This document shows, in pieces, positions 52,448 through 61,999 of a stretch of 64,000 nucleotides of DNA. This DNA comes from an uncultured delta proteobacterium. GTDB taxonomy: Bacteria > Desulfobacterota > Zymogenia > Zymogenales > Zymogenaceae. The notes below the pieces were generated by a model. The model saw only the letters and a list, made by a program, of their open reading frames with translations. It made no database searches and was not told the origin of the DNA. Position numbers and translations under genes: made by a program. Position 1 is the stretch's first letter; every line of letters starts with the position of its first letter. The DNA is taken from contig CAVTLK010000005.1 of assembly GCA_963735595.1 (NCBI GenBank), positions 768,001 through 832,000 of the forward strand, written 5' to 3'.

Positions 52448-55400
52448 ATGCACCGGGTTTTGATTGTCGACGACTCCGAGCTCTTTTTAGCGCAGCTCAC
52501 CGAAGAGCTGGGGTCGCTGGGCTACGAGGTCGCCGGGGTGGCCCGTTCCGGCGCCGAGGCCGTTGAGGCGGCGCGCCGGCTTACCCCCGATATCGTCCTC
52601 ATGGATATCCTCATGCCCGGCGATCCCGACGGCATCGACGCCGCCCGCGCCGTCAGGGACCAGCTCGACATCCCCGTCATCTTCCTCTCGGCCTCCGAGG
52701 ACGACGCCGTCATCAAACGCGCCTGCGCCGCGCGCGCCTACGGCTTTTTATCCAAGCCCGCCGGCGGCGCCGAGCTCAAGGCCTCCATCGAGCTCGCGCT
52801 CGTCAACCAGTCCACCCAGGCCGGCATCAACGAGACCATCCGGGACGTCGTGGAATACACCAACGACCTCATCTACGTCGTCGACGGGCAGGGCACTATC
52901 AAATACGTCAACCAGCAGATCCTCGGGTTCAGCGGCTATACGAAAGGCGACGTCCTCGCCAATTCCTTCGCGTCCTACCTCACGCCGGGGTCGGTCACAA
53001 AGGCTGTGGAGGTCTTCAAGCGGCAGGTCAGGGGCGAAGACGTCGGGCCGTTTGAGCTCGAGTTTATGGACCACTCCGGCGCCGTGCGGGTGGTCGAGAT
53101 ACGCGAGCGGGCGGTGTGGAAAGACGGCAGGATCGTGGAGGTCCACGGGATCGGGCGGGACGTCACCGACCGCAAGCGGGCCGAGGCCGACCTCACCGCC
53201 GCGCGGGAGCAGTATCGCCTGCTGGCGGAAAATGCGGCCGAGGGCATCGCCGTCGTCCAGGACGGCGTGATCAAATACGCCAACCCCGCGCTCCACACAA
53301 TGGCCGGCTGCCCGAAGGGCGGGCTGGCGGGCCTGCCGTTCATCGGCTTTATCCACCCGGACGACCGGGAAATCGTCTTCGAGACCCATACGCGGGTCCT
53401 CGCCGGAGATGACGACCCGGCCCCCGTGACCCGGCGCTACCTCGACTGCGGCGGGTCGGTGCACATCGTCGAGAACGCCTCGATGCCCTGCACCTGGGAG
53501 GGGCGGCCCGCGGCGATCGTCCTGATCAACGACGTGACCCAGGCGCGGCTCGCGGAACAACTCCTCACGACCCAGCGGGACATCGGCGTATTCCTGGGCA
53601 CGGCCGACGAGCTTGACGGCGCAATGTCCGTTGTCCTGTATCGGCTGCTCGAGATACCGGGGCTCGACTGCGGCGGCATCTACCTGGTCGAGGAGCCGGG
53701 CGGGCCGCTGCGGATGGCGGCCCACCGGGGGCTGAGCACGGAGTTCGTCTCGCAGGTGGAGTTCTTCGACGCGGGGTCTCCCGAGGCCGGGGAGGTCAGC
53801 GCGGGCGGGACGATCCTGTTTTCCGCGGCCGAAATCGAGGCCGACCCCAACTTCGAGTACCTGCGGGCCGAAGGGATCACGCATCTCGTGGTGGTGCCGG
53901 TCCTCTTCGAGGGAGCCGTGGTCGCCTTGGTCAACGTCGCGACCCACGAAAAGGAGGCAGTATCCGCCCGCGTCGTGGCCGCGGTGGAGGATATCGCGGC
54001 GCGGCTGGGCAGCGCGATCAGCCGGCTCAGGGACCGGGAGCTGCTTGCCGAGTCGGAGAAAAAATACCGGACGCTCATCGAAAACGCGAAGGAGGGGATC
54101 GTCGTCGTGCAGGACGGCCGTATCAAATATATCAACCCGACGGGGGTGCGCATCAGCGGCTATCCGCCCGAGGAGCTGGTCGGCCGGCCCTTCGGGGATC
54201 TGATCTACCCGGAGGACCTCGAGGGGGTGGCCGCGCGGTACGCCCGCGAAATGGCCGGCGAAACCCTCCGGGAGCCGAACGCGTACCGGGTGATCTGGAA
54301 AGACGGGACGGTACGCTGGACCGAGGGGATCGGGGTACCCATCGAGTGGGAGGGAAGGCGGGCGTCGCTCTCGTTCATTGAGGATATTACCGAACAGAAG
54401 CTCGTCAAGGACGCGCTCGTCGAGTCGGAGCAGAAGTTCCGCGGCGTCTTTGAGACCTCGCGGGACTTCATGTACATCGCGGCGCTGGACGGGACGATCC
54501 TTGACTACAACCGCTCGGCCAGGGAGTTCTTCGGCTACACCGAAGAGGAGATCGCGCAGCTGAACCTGAAAGACATCTACGCCTACCCCGAGGAGCGGGA
54601 ACAATTCGTACAAAAGGTGATCAGGGACGGCTTTGTCGAGAACTATGAAATCAAGCTCAAGAAGAAAGACGGCTCGCTTATCGACACGCTGGTAACAGTG
54701 GTACCCAAGAAGGACGCGCAGGGGGAGGTCATCGGCCTGCAGGGCTCCGTCAAGGACGTCACCCAGATGAGAAGGCTGGAGCGCCGGCTCGTACAGACAG
54801 AGAAGCTCACGAGCCTCGGCACGATGGTATCCGGCATCGCCCACGAGTTGAACAACCCCCTGACGGCGATCATGGGCAACGCCGAGATGCTCACCACGTT
54901 CACGGAGCTGCCGGAGGAGGTGGTGCGGAGGCTGGAGACGATCGCCAAGGAGTCGCTGAGGACCTCGAAGATCATCAAGGGCCTCCTCTCGTTCGCGCGC
55001 GAGCACAAGCCGGAGCGGCGGCTGATCAGCGTCAACGAATCCATCATGGAATCCTATAAACTCCGGGAGTATAACCTGAAGGTCAGCGATATACGGGTGG
55101 AGCTTTTGCTGTCGCGCGAGCTATCCCCGACGTACGGCGACCCCTACCAGCTTCAGCAGGTGTTCGTCAATATCATCAACAACGCGACGGACGCGCTCGC
55201 GGAACGGAAGGGCGCGACGCTCACGATCAGGTCGCGGCAGCAGAGGGGCTGGCTGGTTGTCGAGTTTGAGGACAACGGCCACGGGATAGAGCCGGAGAAC
55301 CTCAAGCGGATCTTTGATCCCTTCTTTACCACGAAGGAGGTCGGCAAAGGCACGGGGCTGGGCCTTTCCATGGCGTACGGAATCGTCAACGAGCACGGGG

Positions 55401-55888
55401 GGACGATAGAGGCGGTAAACGTCCCGGCCGGGGGGACGATATTTACCGTCTCCATACCCGTGACCGGGGCGCCGGCCTCCGACGGCAGGACCGCCGAGGT
55501 TCCCCGGATCGGGGTGCACGCCGGCAAACATATACTGGTCGTCGAAGACGAAGCCCATCTCCGCGATCTCTTCCTGGACGTTCTGGCGGAGCGGGGCTAT
55601 AACGTACTGGCCGCCTCGGGGGCCGACGAGGCCATCGGGCTCATCAAGGAACGGGACTTCGATGCAATAATCACCGATATCAAGATGCCCGGCCCCGGAG
55701 GTATCGGGCTGTACCGGTATATCACCGATCAACACCCCGGCCTGACCGGCAGGATAATCTTCATCACCGGAGATATACTCGGCGTGGAAACGAGGTCGTT
55801 TCTTTCCACGACCGACTGCGCCTATCTTGAAAAGCCGTTTACCGTAAACGACCTGTTGAACGTGCTGACGACCGTCCTGGCGCGGTAG
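52448..55888 (+). CDS. Hybrid sensor kinase (REC-PAS-PAS-GAF-PAS-PAS-HisKA-HATPase-REC)
   Basis: IVDD..DILMP, multiple PAS, AHELNNPL, FDPFFTTKEVGKGTGLGLS, C-terminal receiver. Confidence 0.93.
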   Translation: MHRVLIVDDSELFLAQLTEELGSLGYEVAGVARSGAEAVEAARRLTPDIVLMDILMPGDPDGIDAARAVRDQLDIPVIFLSASEDDAVIKRACAARAYGFLSKPAGGAELKASIELALVNQSTQAGINETIRDVVEYTNDLIYVVDGQGTIKYVNQQILGFSGYTKGDVLANSFASYLTPGSVTKAVEVFKRQVRGEDVGPFELEFMDHSGAVRVVEIRERAVWKDGRIVEVHGIGRDVTDRKRAEADLTAAREQYRLLAENAAEGIAVVQDGVIKYANPALHTMAGCPKGGLAGLPFIGFIHPDDREIVFETHTRVLAGDDDPAPVTRRYLDCGGSVHIVENASMPCTWEGRPAAIVLINDVTQARLAEQLLTTQRDIGVFLGTADELDGAMSVVLYRLLEIPGLDCGGIYLVEEPGGPLRMAAHRGLSTEFVSQVEFFDAGSPEAGEVSAGGTILFSAAEIEADPNFEYLRAEGITHLVVVPVLFEGAVVALVNVATHEKEAVSARVVAAVEDIAARLGSAISRLRDRELLAESEKKYRTLIENAKEGIVVVQDGRIKYINPTGVRISGYPPEELVGRPFGDLIYPEDLEGVAARYAREMAGETLREPNAYRVIWKDGTVRWTEGIGVPIEWEGRRASLSFIEDITEQKLVKDALVESEQKFRGVFETSRDFMYIAALDGTILDYNRSAREFFGYTEEEIAQLNLKDIYAYPEEREQFVQKVIRDGFVENYEIKLKKKDGSLIDTLVTVVPKKDAQGEVIGLQGSVKDVTQMRRLERRLVQTEKLTSLGTMVSGIAHELNNPLTAIMGNAEMLTTFTELPEEVVRRLETIAKESLRTSKIIKGLLSFAREHKPERRLISVNESIMESYKLREYNLKVSDIRVELLLSRELSPTYGDPYQLQQVFVNIINNATDALAERKGATLTIRSRQQRGWLVVEFEDNGHGIEPENLKRIFDPFFTTKEVGKGTGLGLSMAYGIVNEHGGTIEAVNVPAGGTIFTVSIPVTGAPASDGRTAEVPRIGVHAGKHILVVEDEAHLRDLFLDVLAERGYNVLAASGADEAIGLIKERDFDAIITDIKMPGPGGIGLYRYITDQHPGLTGRIIFITGDILGVETRSFLSTTDCAYLEKPFTVNDLLNVLTTVLAR

Positions 55889-55928
55889 CCCCCGATGGGG
55901 GAAACAGGGGTATCCCGCATATCTTCTC

Positions 55929-55956
55929 TTGCTTTCCGTACCCTATCCGGTATAAT
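55929..55956 (+). promoter_or_regulatory. Sigma70 promoter
   Basis: TTGCTT-N16-TATAAT. Confidence 0.6.
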
Positions 55957-55959
55957 ACC

Positions 55960-56149
55960 TTTCGGATAAGCACCACGGGCAACCTCCGGCATCTGTGCAC
56001 GGCTCGTCCCATCCCATAAAGTAGTCGAGGGAATAGAGCGTCACCCCGCGAAGCAGGCTTCGCGGGGTCCCCGACGAAGACCCCCTCGCTCCCCGCAATG
56101 ACAGTTAGTGCCGAGGAGTGCTTGATATTTTGTCATTTCATCCGAGGAG
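55960..56149 (+). other. Rod-like structured leader / composite palindromic repeat
   Basis: Nested pairings around the perfect 12-bp hairpin ACCCCGCGAAGC/GCTTCGCGGGGT (56043-56068). The outer stem overlaps the RBS. Confidence 0.5.
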
Positions 56150-56155
56150 TAGACC

Positions 56156-57264
56156 ATGAACGGCGCCGAAAGACTCTTGACCGCGCTTAAGCGCGGAGTG
56201 CCCGACCGCGTCCCCCACATGGAGCTTGCCTATAACGAATCGTCCATTATCGGCATCGCCAGGCACTTCACCGACAACGTGCCTGCCGTCAACTACTTCC
56301 AGCGGATGAGCGTGGAAGAAAAGATCAAGCTCTTTGACGCGCTGCTGTTGATCATCGACGAGCTGGACGTGGACGGGGTGACGCTGCGTATCCTGACAAA
56401 GACCGTGGATGTCGACGAGAGCCACGTCCGCGACAGCTGGGGGGTCACGTACCTCCTTTCGCCCGCGGGCGATTCCCCGGTGGTCTCCGGGCCCATCAAG
56501 ACCGAGGCCGACCTGGCGGCGTATGCCCGGCCCGATGTCACCGACGCCGATCTGCTGTCGCTTGCCTACGGCGGCGCCAAGGTCAAGGGGAAGCGCGGGG
56601 TGGTGATGGCGCTGCGCTGCTCGTTTCGGCTCTCATGGAGCCTCATGGGCGGCCTCCAGTATTTGCTGATCGCCTATCGGAGGAACCCTCAAGCTCGTCC
56701 ACCGGCTCATGCGGATGACCACGGACTATCTCATCGAGGCTGATCGACAAATCGGCGTCCCTCGGGGCCGATATATTCGCCATGGACGGCGACCTCGCGT
56801 TTGACAGCGGCACGTTCATGTCCCCGGTGCAGTTCCGCGAATTCGTCAAGCCCTATTATATCGAAATCGTCAACGCCGCCCACCGCCACAACATCCCCAT
56901 CGCCAAGCACAGCGACGGCGACCTCAGGCCGATTTTGCCTGACCTGGTCGAAGCAGGGTTTGACGGCATCCACCCCATCCAGCCCCAGTGCATGGATCTC
57001 GGCGAGATCAAGCGGGACTACGGAGATAAGGTCTGCCTCCTGGGCAACGTCGACTGCATGTACGTGCTCACGCGCGGCACCGAGGCCGAGGTCGTGGCCG
57101 ACGTGAAACGGGCGCTTGGGCAGGGGGCCGCCGGGGGCGGCTATATTATCACCTCGTCAAATACCATCCATCCGGACGTAAAACCGGAGCACTACATCAC
57201 GATGGTCAAGGCAATCCACAAATACGGTATCTATAACGGCACCACGCTAAAGCCCGCCGGCTAA
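56156..57264 (+). CDS. Uroporphyrinogen decarboxylase/MtaA family protein (frameshifted near 56690-56740)
   Basis: PDRVP, DSWGV, FMSP..FREF..PYY, KHSDG, HPIQP, GNVD, GGGYI..SSN. Confidence 0.85.
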
Positions 57265-57576
57265 GGCGGGCGCGCGGCCTTCGGAGATTGCCCCGCGTCC
57301 AAACGATCGGTGCGGCCCCGGCGCGGACGGGCGCCCCGGCCCGAGATCGGCCCGTCCCGCGCCCGTATTGCCCCGCAGCCTTCCCCTCTACACATGTATC
57401 CCACATGAATGCGCAAATACCGGCATTTTAGCTTTCGTGTGAGCCGGAACACCGCTTTGCTAATTTTTTCTGGCAATTTACCTAATATCTGGTATTATTG
57501 GTACAAATGTCCACCTAACTAATACTATATCAGCGTCAGGGCGCCCTCAGCACACATCCGGTTTTTGGCAGTGACT

Positions 57577-58955
57577 ATGGAAACGACGATCCTCATCATA
57601 GAAGACGACCAGTTCTTCAACAAATTCCTGTCCGAGTCCCTGACCGACAAGGGCTACCGGGTGCACGCGGCCAAGACCGGGGCCGAGGGGCTCGAGATCG
57701 TGCAGGCGTTGCGGCCGGACCTCGTGCTCCTGGACCTGATGCTGCCGGACGTCAGCGGACTTGAGGTCCTCGAAAAAATCAGAGAGACCTACGAGACGCC
57801 CCAGGTCATCATGCTGACCGGGCACGGCTCCATCGAAACGGCCATCGAGGCGATAAAGCTCGGGGCCAGCGACTACCTCACCAAGCCGATCCGCGAGGAC
57901 GAGCTGATCCTCTCGATAAAGAAGAACCTCAAGCACCTGGACCTCATTCGGGAGATCGAGTACCTCAAGGAGGCCGATCGTAAGAAATTCAACTTCAACT
58001 ACCTGGTGGGCCGCTCGCCAAAGATGAGCGAGGTCTACCGGCTGGCGCTGTTCGTGGCCCAGTCCGACACGGCAACGGTGCTCATCGAGGGGGACTCGGG
58101 GACGGGCAAGGAATACCTGGCCCGGTTCATCCACTACCGCTCCGCGCGGGGCGACGAGCCGTTCGTCGAGATCAACTGCGCGGCCATCCCCGAAAACCTC
58201 ATGGAGACCGAGCTCTTCGGGTACGAGCCGGGGGCCTTTACCGACGCCCGGGTACGCAAGCGGGGCCAGTTCGAATTGGCTTCCAAGGGTACGGTCTTTC
58301 TGGACGAGATCGGGGAGATGTCCGTTTTCCTCCAGGCAAAGCTGCTGCGTTTTCTGGACACGATGACCTACAAGAGGGTGGGGGGCACCACCGATATCAA
58401 GCTGGATACCCGCGTGATCGCCGCGACCAACAAGGAGCTGGATCGGGCGGTGGAGAACGGGGAATTCAGAAAAGACCTCTATTTCCGCCTCAAGGTGATG
58501 CACCTGAAGCTGCCCAGTCTCAAGGAGCGCAGGGAAGATATAGAGCTGTTTGCCGCGGTGTTCCTGGAGGAATACAGCAAAAACCTCAAGAAAAAGGTCG
58601 AGCGGGCTTTTCCGACTCGGCCATGGAGTGGCTCAACAACTATCCCTGGCCGGGCAACATCAGGGAGCTCAGGAACATCGTCGAGCGGGCGGTCATCGTT
58701 TCCGACGGCCCGACCATCAATACGAGGCACCTGTCCATCGATGCCAACGGCAAGGCGCCGGTCGATTCCCCGGTACCCCCGGTTATCCCCGAGGAGGGGG
58801 TGGACCTAAACGAGATCGTGGACCGCGTCTCCACCGATCTAATTTCAAAGGCGCTGGCCCAGACCGGGGGCAACCGCTCCAAGGCGGCCCGGCTCCTCTC
58901 CATCCCCCGCCAGGTGCTGCTCTACCAGATGAAGAAGCTCGGGATGGATCGATAG
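57577..58955 (+). CDS. Sigma-54-dependent response regulator (NtrC family; frameshift near 58605)
   Basis: REC, GDSGTGKE, ELFGYEPGAFTDA, FLDEIG, FRKDLYFRL. WPGNIREL and the Fis HTH are in a second frame. Confidence 0.92.
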
Positions 58956-58998
58956 GTGTTGCTGCACGGCGGAATGAACTAATTCGTAAGGAGGAAGT

Positions 58999-59631
58999 AT
59001 GAGCGGTCTTAACAACCCCCAGGCAACCGAAGCCGCCCTGAGTCTCCTCAGGAGCGGGGACCCGTTCCAGTGGTACGTGATCACGCTGCTGGCGCTGGTG
59101 GTCTACGTCTATTTCAGGGAGATCAAGAATAAGAACTGGAAGGGGATCGCCGCGGGCCTTTCCCTGTACATGGTGCACTGGTTTGTCGAAATCGTCAACG
59201 CGCTGGTCCAGCATTTCTCCGGCCACGCGCTCTGGACTGTCCCGACGGGGACGGCCTTCTTGATCCTGGTGGGGGTTGGCGTGGAGCTCTCGCTGATGTT
59301 TATCATAGCGGGCCTCGTATTCTCGCTGATACTGCCGGATGATCCGAAGGTGAAGGTGCTGGGAGTGCCCAACCGGCTCTTCTTCGCGGTGACAAACGCC
59401 GCCTTTTTCTCGATCTTCGAGATATTCCTGGCAAAGACACCGGCCTTCGTCTGGGTCTATCCCTGGTGGGGGGCGGTGCCGGTCTTTATCACCGTTTATA
59501 TCCCGTTCTTCGTCGTTTCGATGTACAGTTACGACTGGAAGCCCAAGACCCAGAAGACGGTCATCGGGACCATGTTTGCGGTCAACGCCCTTATGCTGAT
59601 CGTATTCGCGGGAATCCTGAAGTGGATCTAA
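58999..59631 (+). CDS. Hypothetical integral membrane protein (~6 TM)
   Basis: AAGGAGG RBS, hydrophobic segments, host-like codon usage. Confidence 0.75.
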   Translation: MSGLNNPQATEAALSLLRSGDPFQWYVITLLALVVYVYFREIKNKNWKGIAAGLSLYMVHWFVEIVNALVQHFSGHALWTVPTGTAFLILVGVGVELSLMFIIAGLVFSLILPDDPKVKVLGVPNRLFFAVTNAAFFSIFEIFLAKTPAFVWVYPWWGAVPVFITVYIPFFVVSMYSYDWKPKTQKTVIGTMFAVNALMLIVFAGILKWI

Positions 59632-59654
59632 CGGCCAAGCGACCGTAACGATAC

Positions 59655-59686
59655 TACGGGCGGGAGGGGTTGACCTCCCGTCCGTA
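59655..59686. terminator. Intrinsic terminator
   Basis: TACGGGCGGGAGG/CCTCCCGTCCGTA stem followed by TTTATT, between convergent genes. Confidence 0.7.
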
Positions 59687-59748
59687 TTTATTCCGCCAAT
59701 GTAATTCCGCCCGTTTGTCCCATTCCCTTTTCGCACATGCCGCCGCGA

Positions 59749-60507
59749 CTATTCGGTCGAAACGGTAATCCGGTCAATGATGTCCTTTGCAGTCGTGAGG
59801 CCCGTGAGGTCGGGATTGAGGCTCGCGTCGCTCCCGTCAGGGCTCCCGTGCCCGACGGGGGTAAGCTCCCACGTTCCGGGTCCCGAGGTGAGGTCGACGG
59901 TTGCCGCATACACGATCGACGGCTGACCGCTGCCCCAGCTGCCGCCGGAGTAGCTCGGCGTGCCGGGCAGGGCGTCTGCGGAGTAGGCGTCGTTGAAGTC
60001 CGCCGAATTATTGACCTCGGCAAGGACAACGAACTTCAGAAGCTCCTGAGGGGTCTTCGTCCTGAGATGAAAATCTCCCTTGGGGCTGGCGGCGGTGACG
60101 GCGTCCGTAAGGGGGTTATCATGCGTGGGCATAAACAGCCCGTCCGGGTAGACAACGCCCCGCTTGTGCGACCAGAGCGGGAGTGATTCGGGACGCCTGA
60201 TCGATTCCGCGGGAAGGTCGGGCGACGTACGCCACGCCTGCGTTCCCGCCCTTTTTGTAACGTACAGCGTGTCGATGTAGTTTCCGTCGATGTCCTCGAG
60301 CCAGACGGCTATCTGGGGTGTGGTCTTGATCGTGATAATGCGGTTGATCTTGAGGGGGTGCTTATAATGAGCACCGGCCTCGAAACGCACGGAGATTTGC
60401 CTGCCAACCGCGTCCGGCTTCGTGACGATGACGACGTCATCGTTGGCGCACGCCGAAGCGGCAAACAACGACAGGGCGAAAATGGAGAGATAAAGGATTC
60501 TGTTCAT
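59749..60507 (-). CDS. DUF2271-like exported protein
   Basis: Signal peptide, PQIAVWLED..GNYIDTLYVT, RRPESLPLWSH, DAVTAASP, GQPSIVY. Confidence 0.7.
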   Translation of the reverse strand: MNRILYLSIFALSLFAASACANDDVVIVTKPDAVGRQISVRFEAGAHYKHPLKINRIITIKTTPQIAVWLEDIDGNYIDTLYVTKRAGTQAWRTSPDLPAESIRRPESLPLWSHKRGVVYPDGLFMPTHDNPLTDAVTAASPKGDFHLRTKTPQELLKFVVLAEVNNSADFNDAYSADALPGTPSYSGGSWGSGQPSIVYAATVDLTSGPGTWELTPVGHGSPDGSDASLNPDLTGLTTAKDIIDRITVSTE

Positions 60508-60581
60508 TGACTGTATTCCTCTATTCATGGTATTTGCATACGGCCGAAAGACGCGGCGTTCGGACACGCCGCGCGCGACTG

Positions 60582-61157
60582 CTATAGGGCGCGGCCGATT
60601 GATTCGGCCCGCCGGATCACCCGTGGCGGGATGGTATCCATCGTCCGGGTGTTGCCCAGCATAATCGTCCCGACAACCCGCATTCCCGCCGATTTAAGGA
60701 CTACTGAGACGCTCCGGACGGCCCCCCGCGCGCTCGAAGACAAGAGCTTAAGGGGCCAGGGGGCCGACGAGGCGGTGACGATCACGGCCCGCTTTCCCTT
60801 TAAGAGGGGCCTGGGCAGGCTCATCTTCTCGGTTTCGATGTACTCAAGCGTCGTAACGATGCGGTCAAATAGGGCCTTGAGTGGCGCGCTCATGTTTCCC
60901 CAGTAGGTGGGGGTTCCGACCACGAGGACGTCGGCGGCGGTAATCTTTTCCGCGATTGCGTGGGCGTCGTCCCGGGGCAGGGCGCAGGGTTTGTCGGGAC
61001 GGCACTTCATGCAGCCGAGGCAGGGCTTGATCGAGAGCCCGTAGACGTCGATATGCTCTACCTCGTGGCGGCCGTCGGCCCCGGCCGCAACGGCGGCGAG
61101 CAGCCCGGCGACCTTCCCCCTGCGCTTCGGGCTCGCGTTCAGTACCAGTATCTTCAT
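60582..61157 (-). CDS. Flavodoxin-like NAD(P)H:FMN reductase / iron-sulfur flavoprotein
   Basis: LNASPKR, CLGCMKC....C, GTPTYW, KALFDR. Confidence 0.88.
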   Translation of the reverse strand: MKILVLNASPKRRGKVAGLLAAVAAGADGRHEVEHIDVYGLSIKPCLGCMKCRPDKPCALPRDDAHAIAEKITAADVLVVGTPTYWGNMSAPLKALFDRIVTTLEYIETEKMSLPRPLLKGKRAVIVTASSAPWPLKLLSSSARGAVRSVSVVLKSAGMRVVGTIMLGNTRTMDTIPPRVIRRAESIGRAL

Positions 61158-61173
61158 TGCTATCTCCTCTCTG

Positions 61174-61779
61174 TTATATATCTTTCTTCGGGGCAAGGCC
61201 GGCCAGAAGGAGCTGGATCATCCTCTCTGCCAGCGGCGTGATGTCTTCCCAGAACCGCGGCATCAGCCGTTTGTGGAGAAAGAGCTTGATCACGCCATAC
61301 ATGAAGGCAAGGCCCATGGCGGTGTCGATCTCCACGTCATCGACGGAAAGCTCGCCGCTTTCCTTGCCGCGCGCGATGATGTCGTACCCGTGCCGGTTTG
61401 CCTTGTAGTAGCGGGCCAGCCGCTCGTCGGTAAGGTCGGTTGCCGGGGGGAGCTTATCGAAGATGAGATCGGCCATGCCCGGGTTGGCGAGGTACCAGCC
61501 GATGAAGGCGCGCATCAGGTCGGTCAGCTGCTTCGTGACCGGGTCGGCCTTGTTGACGGCGGCAGACAGGATCGTATCCAGGTCGTCGATAATGTCGAAC
61601 TTAACGGCCTCAAAGAGCTGGACCTTATTTTCGTAGTAGTAGTAGATCGCCGTGGGGGTGACGCCGCACATGGCGGCGATCTCCCGCATGGTGACCGCGG
61701 AGGGGTCTTTTTTGGCGGTCAGCTCTAGCACTGCCTTCCTGATGGCGGCTATCAGCTCGGGATTCTCGGGTCGGGTCAT
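61174..61779 (-). CDS. TetR/AcrR family regulator
   Basis: TMREIAAMCGVTPTAIYYYYENK. Confidence 0.92.
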   Translation of the reverse strand: MTRPENPELIAAIRKAVLELTAKKDPSAVTMREIAAMCGVTPTAIYYYYENKVQLFEAVKFDIIDDLDTILSAAVNKADPVTKQLTDLMRAFIGWYLANPGMADLIFDKLPPATDLTDERLARYYKANRHGYDIIARGKESGELSVDDVEIDTAMGLAFMYGVIKLFLHKRLMPRFWEDITPLAERMIQLLLAGLAPKKDI

Positions 61780-61842
61780 GGTCGCCTCTCTGCAGTCTTT
61801 CGGAAGGAGAGCGCCGAAAGAGTTATCTTATGGCAGTAAACT

Positions 61843-61886
61843 TAACACTGTTACAATTACTATACTCCGTTATATGGTGGTGTCAA
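61843..61886 (-). promoter_or_regulatory. Promoter and candidate TetR operator
   Basis: Minus strand TTGACA-N16-TATAGT. Palindrome TAACA-C-TGTTA at 61843-61853 just downstream. Confidence 0.65.
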
Positions 61887-61945
61887 GGATTATTTTCAGT
61901 CGGAGGCAAAAGAATGCGTAAAATGGGCGCGTAGAGGGAAAGAGA

Positions 61946-61969
61946 GAGGGGACGCCCGGGCGTCCCCTC
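61946..61969 (-). terminator. Probable terminator
   Basis: GAGGGGACGCCC/GGGCGTCCCCTC palindrome followed by a pyrimidine run on the minus strand. Confidence 0.55.
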
Positions 61970-61999
61970 CTGCATGTTATCGGAAAAGTAACCGACGAA

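Noticed and set aside
52748..55006. 752-aa - strand ORF
   Set aside because: Antisense shadow of the hybrid kinase.
55960..56149. Cobalamin riboswitch or 6S RNA assignment
   Set aside because: No B12-box or GCCACTG elements and no recognisable 6S sequence motifs. Kept only as an unassigned structure.
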